From: Ramazzottius varieornatus
Taxonomy: Eukaryota; Animalia; Tardigrada
Assembly: GCA_001949185.1 (NCBI GenBank)
Contig: BDGG01000008.1
Span: 1,302,001 to 1,366,000, forward strand
Length of the DNA: 64,000 nt
Direction of reading: 5' to 3'
The notes beneath the pieces are model-generated. The model did not search any database and had not been told where the DNA came from. It saw only the letters and a list, made by a program, of their open reading frames with translations. Below are positions 63,439 to 64,000 of the stretch, piece after piece. The position numbers and the translations under genes are program-made. Each line of letters begins with the position of its first letter. Positions within the stretch are counted from its first letter, which is position 1.

Positions 63439-64000
63439 AGCGACGGAGGCGACTTGCGACCCTAGATTCGGACGCTGGCAAGCTGGAGAAGACGGCGGCG
63501 GAAGCGAAAAGCAGCTAGCAGGCACTGGATAAACTTTTCTGAACAGCTTTCTTGGATGTGGAAGGTGTGAGAATTTCGAGGAGAATCTAAGGAGATTAAG
63601 ACTGGAGAATGTTTTCGAGGACAGCGATGGACGGATGATTTACCCAGCCTAATATCAGAAATTTCACATTTGTGACGTACGGTCTGCTATGAACCGGTCG
63701 AAAGAGAGATTTTGTCATCAATGCGCAATTCCTGTCGTGCCAGACCGGAGATCCGGTGTCCGAACACCATTTTCGGCGGTTTTTATACACTTCAGTTCTC
63801 AGTTCGGCACTCGGCACAGTGATCTTTTGTTTTTATTTTCCCTGCTTGTACGGTTTCGGTTTTAGGGACTCCCTGTTCAACTTTTGTTTTTGGTATTAAT
63901 TTGTTTTTCTACTGTACTTGATTGCTTACTATTCGGCCACCGTGTTGTACAATACTAGCGATAACAAAAGTATCTTTATGCTTGATTGCGTTGATTGCCG

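Overview
Gene-dense eukaryotic (animal) DNA with short spliceosomal introns (mostly 50-100 nt). The compact layout suggests a small-genome invertebrate such as a tardigrade, but the sequence alone does not identify the organism. Recognisable genes, in order: CENP-X, DUS3L, an SLC16 transporter, an SLC7 cationic amino-acid transporter, La/SSB, STK11/LKB1, COG3, KRI1, a DUF4748-like microprotein, GHITM, an SLC17 transporter, STEEP1 (CXorf56) and MRPL32. Two divergently oriented paralogues share a ~95-aa N-terminal domain that I cannot name plus a C-terminal BEN domain. A ~14-kb island (7.2-21.3 kb) holds nested transposons: an IS3EU-like TIR element containing a second TIR element containing a LINE, and a hAT-like MITE containing an intron-bearing pogo element with DD42D spacing. 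The island also holds a Helitron-type PIF1 remnant followed by an intron-retaining fragment of a branched-chain aminotransferase gene. The most pervasive unexplained signal is a ~125-bp palindromic element (core CCAAGTGGCGCAC-N~25-GTGCGCCACTTGG) found about 14 times, mostly in introns, with pairing-preserving changes between copies. All gene models were assembled by eye from GT/GC-AG sites and family motifs; no searches were run.
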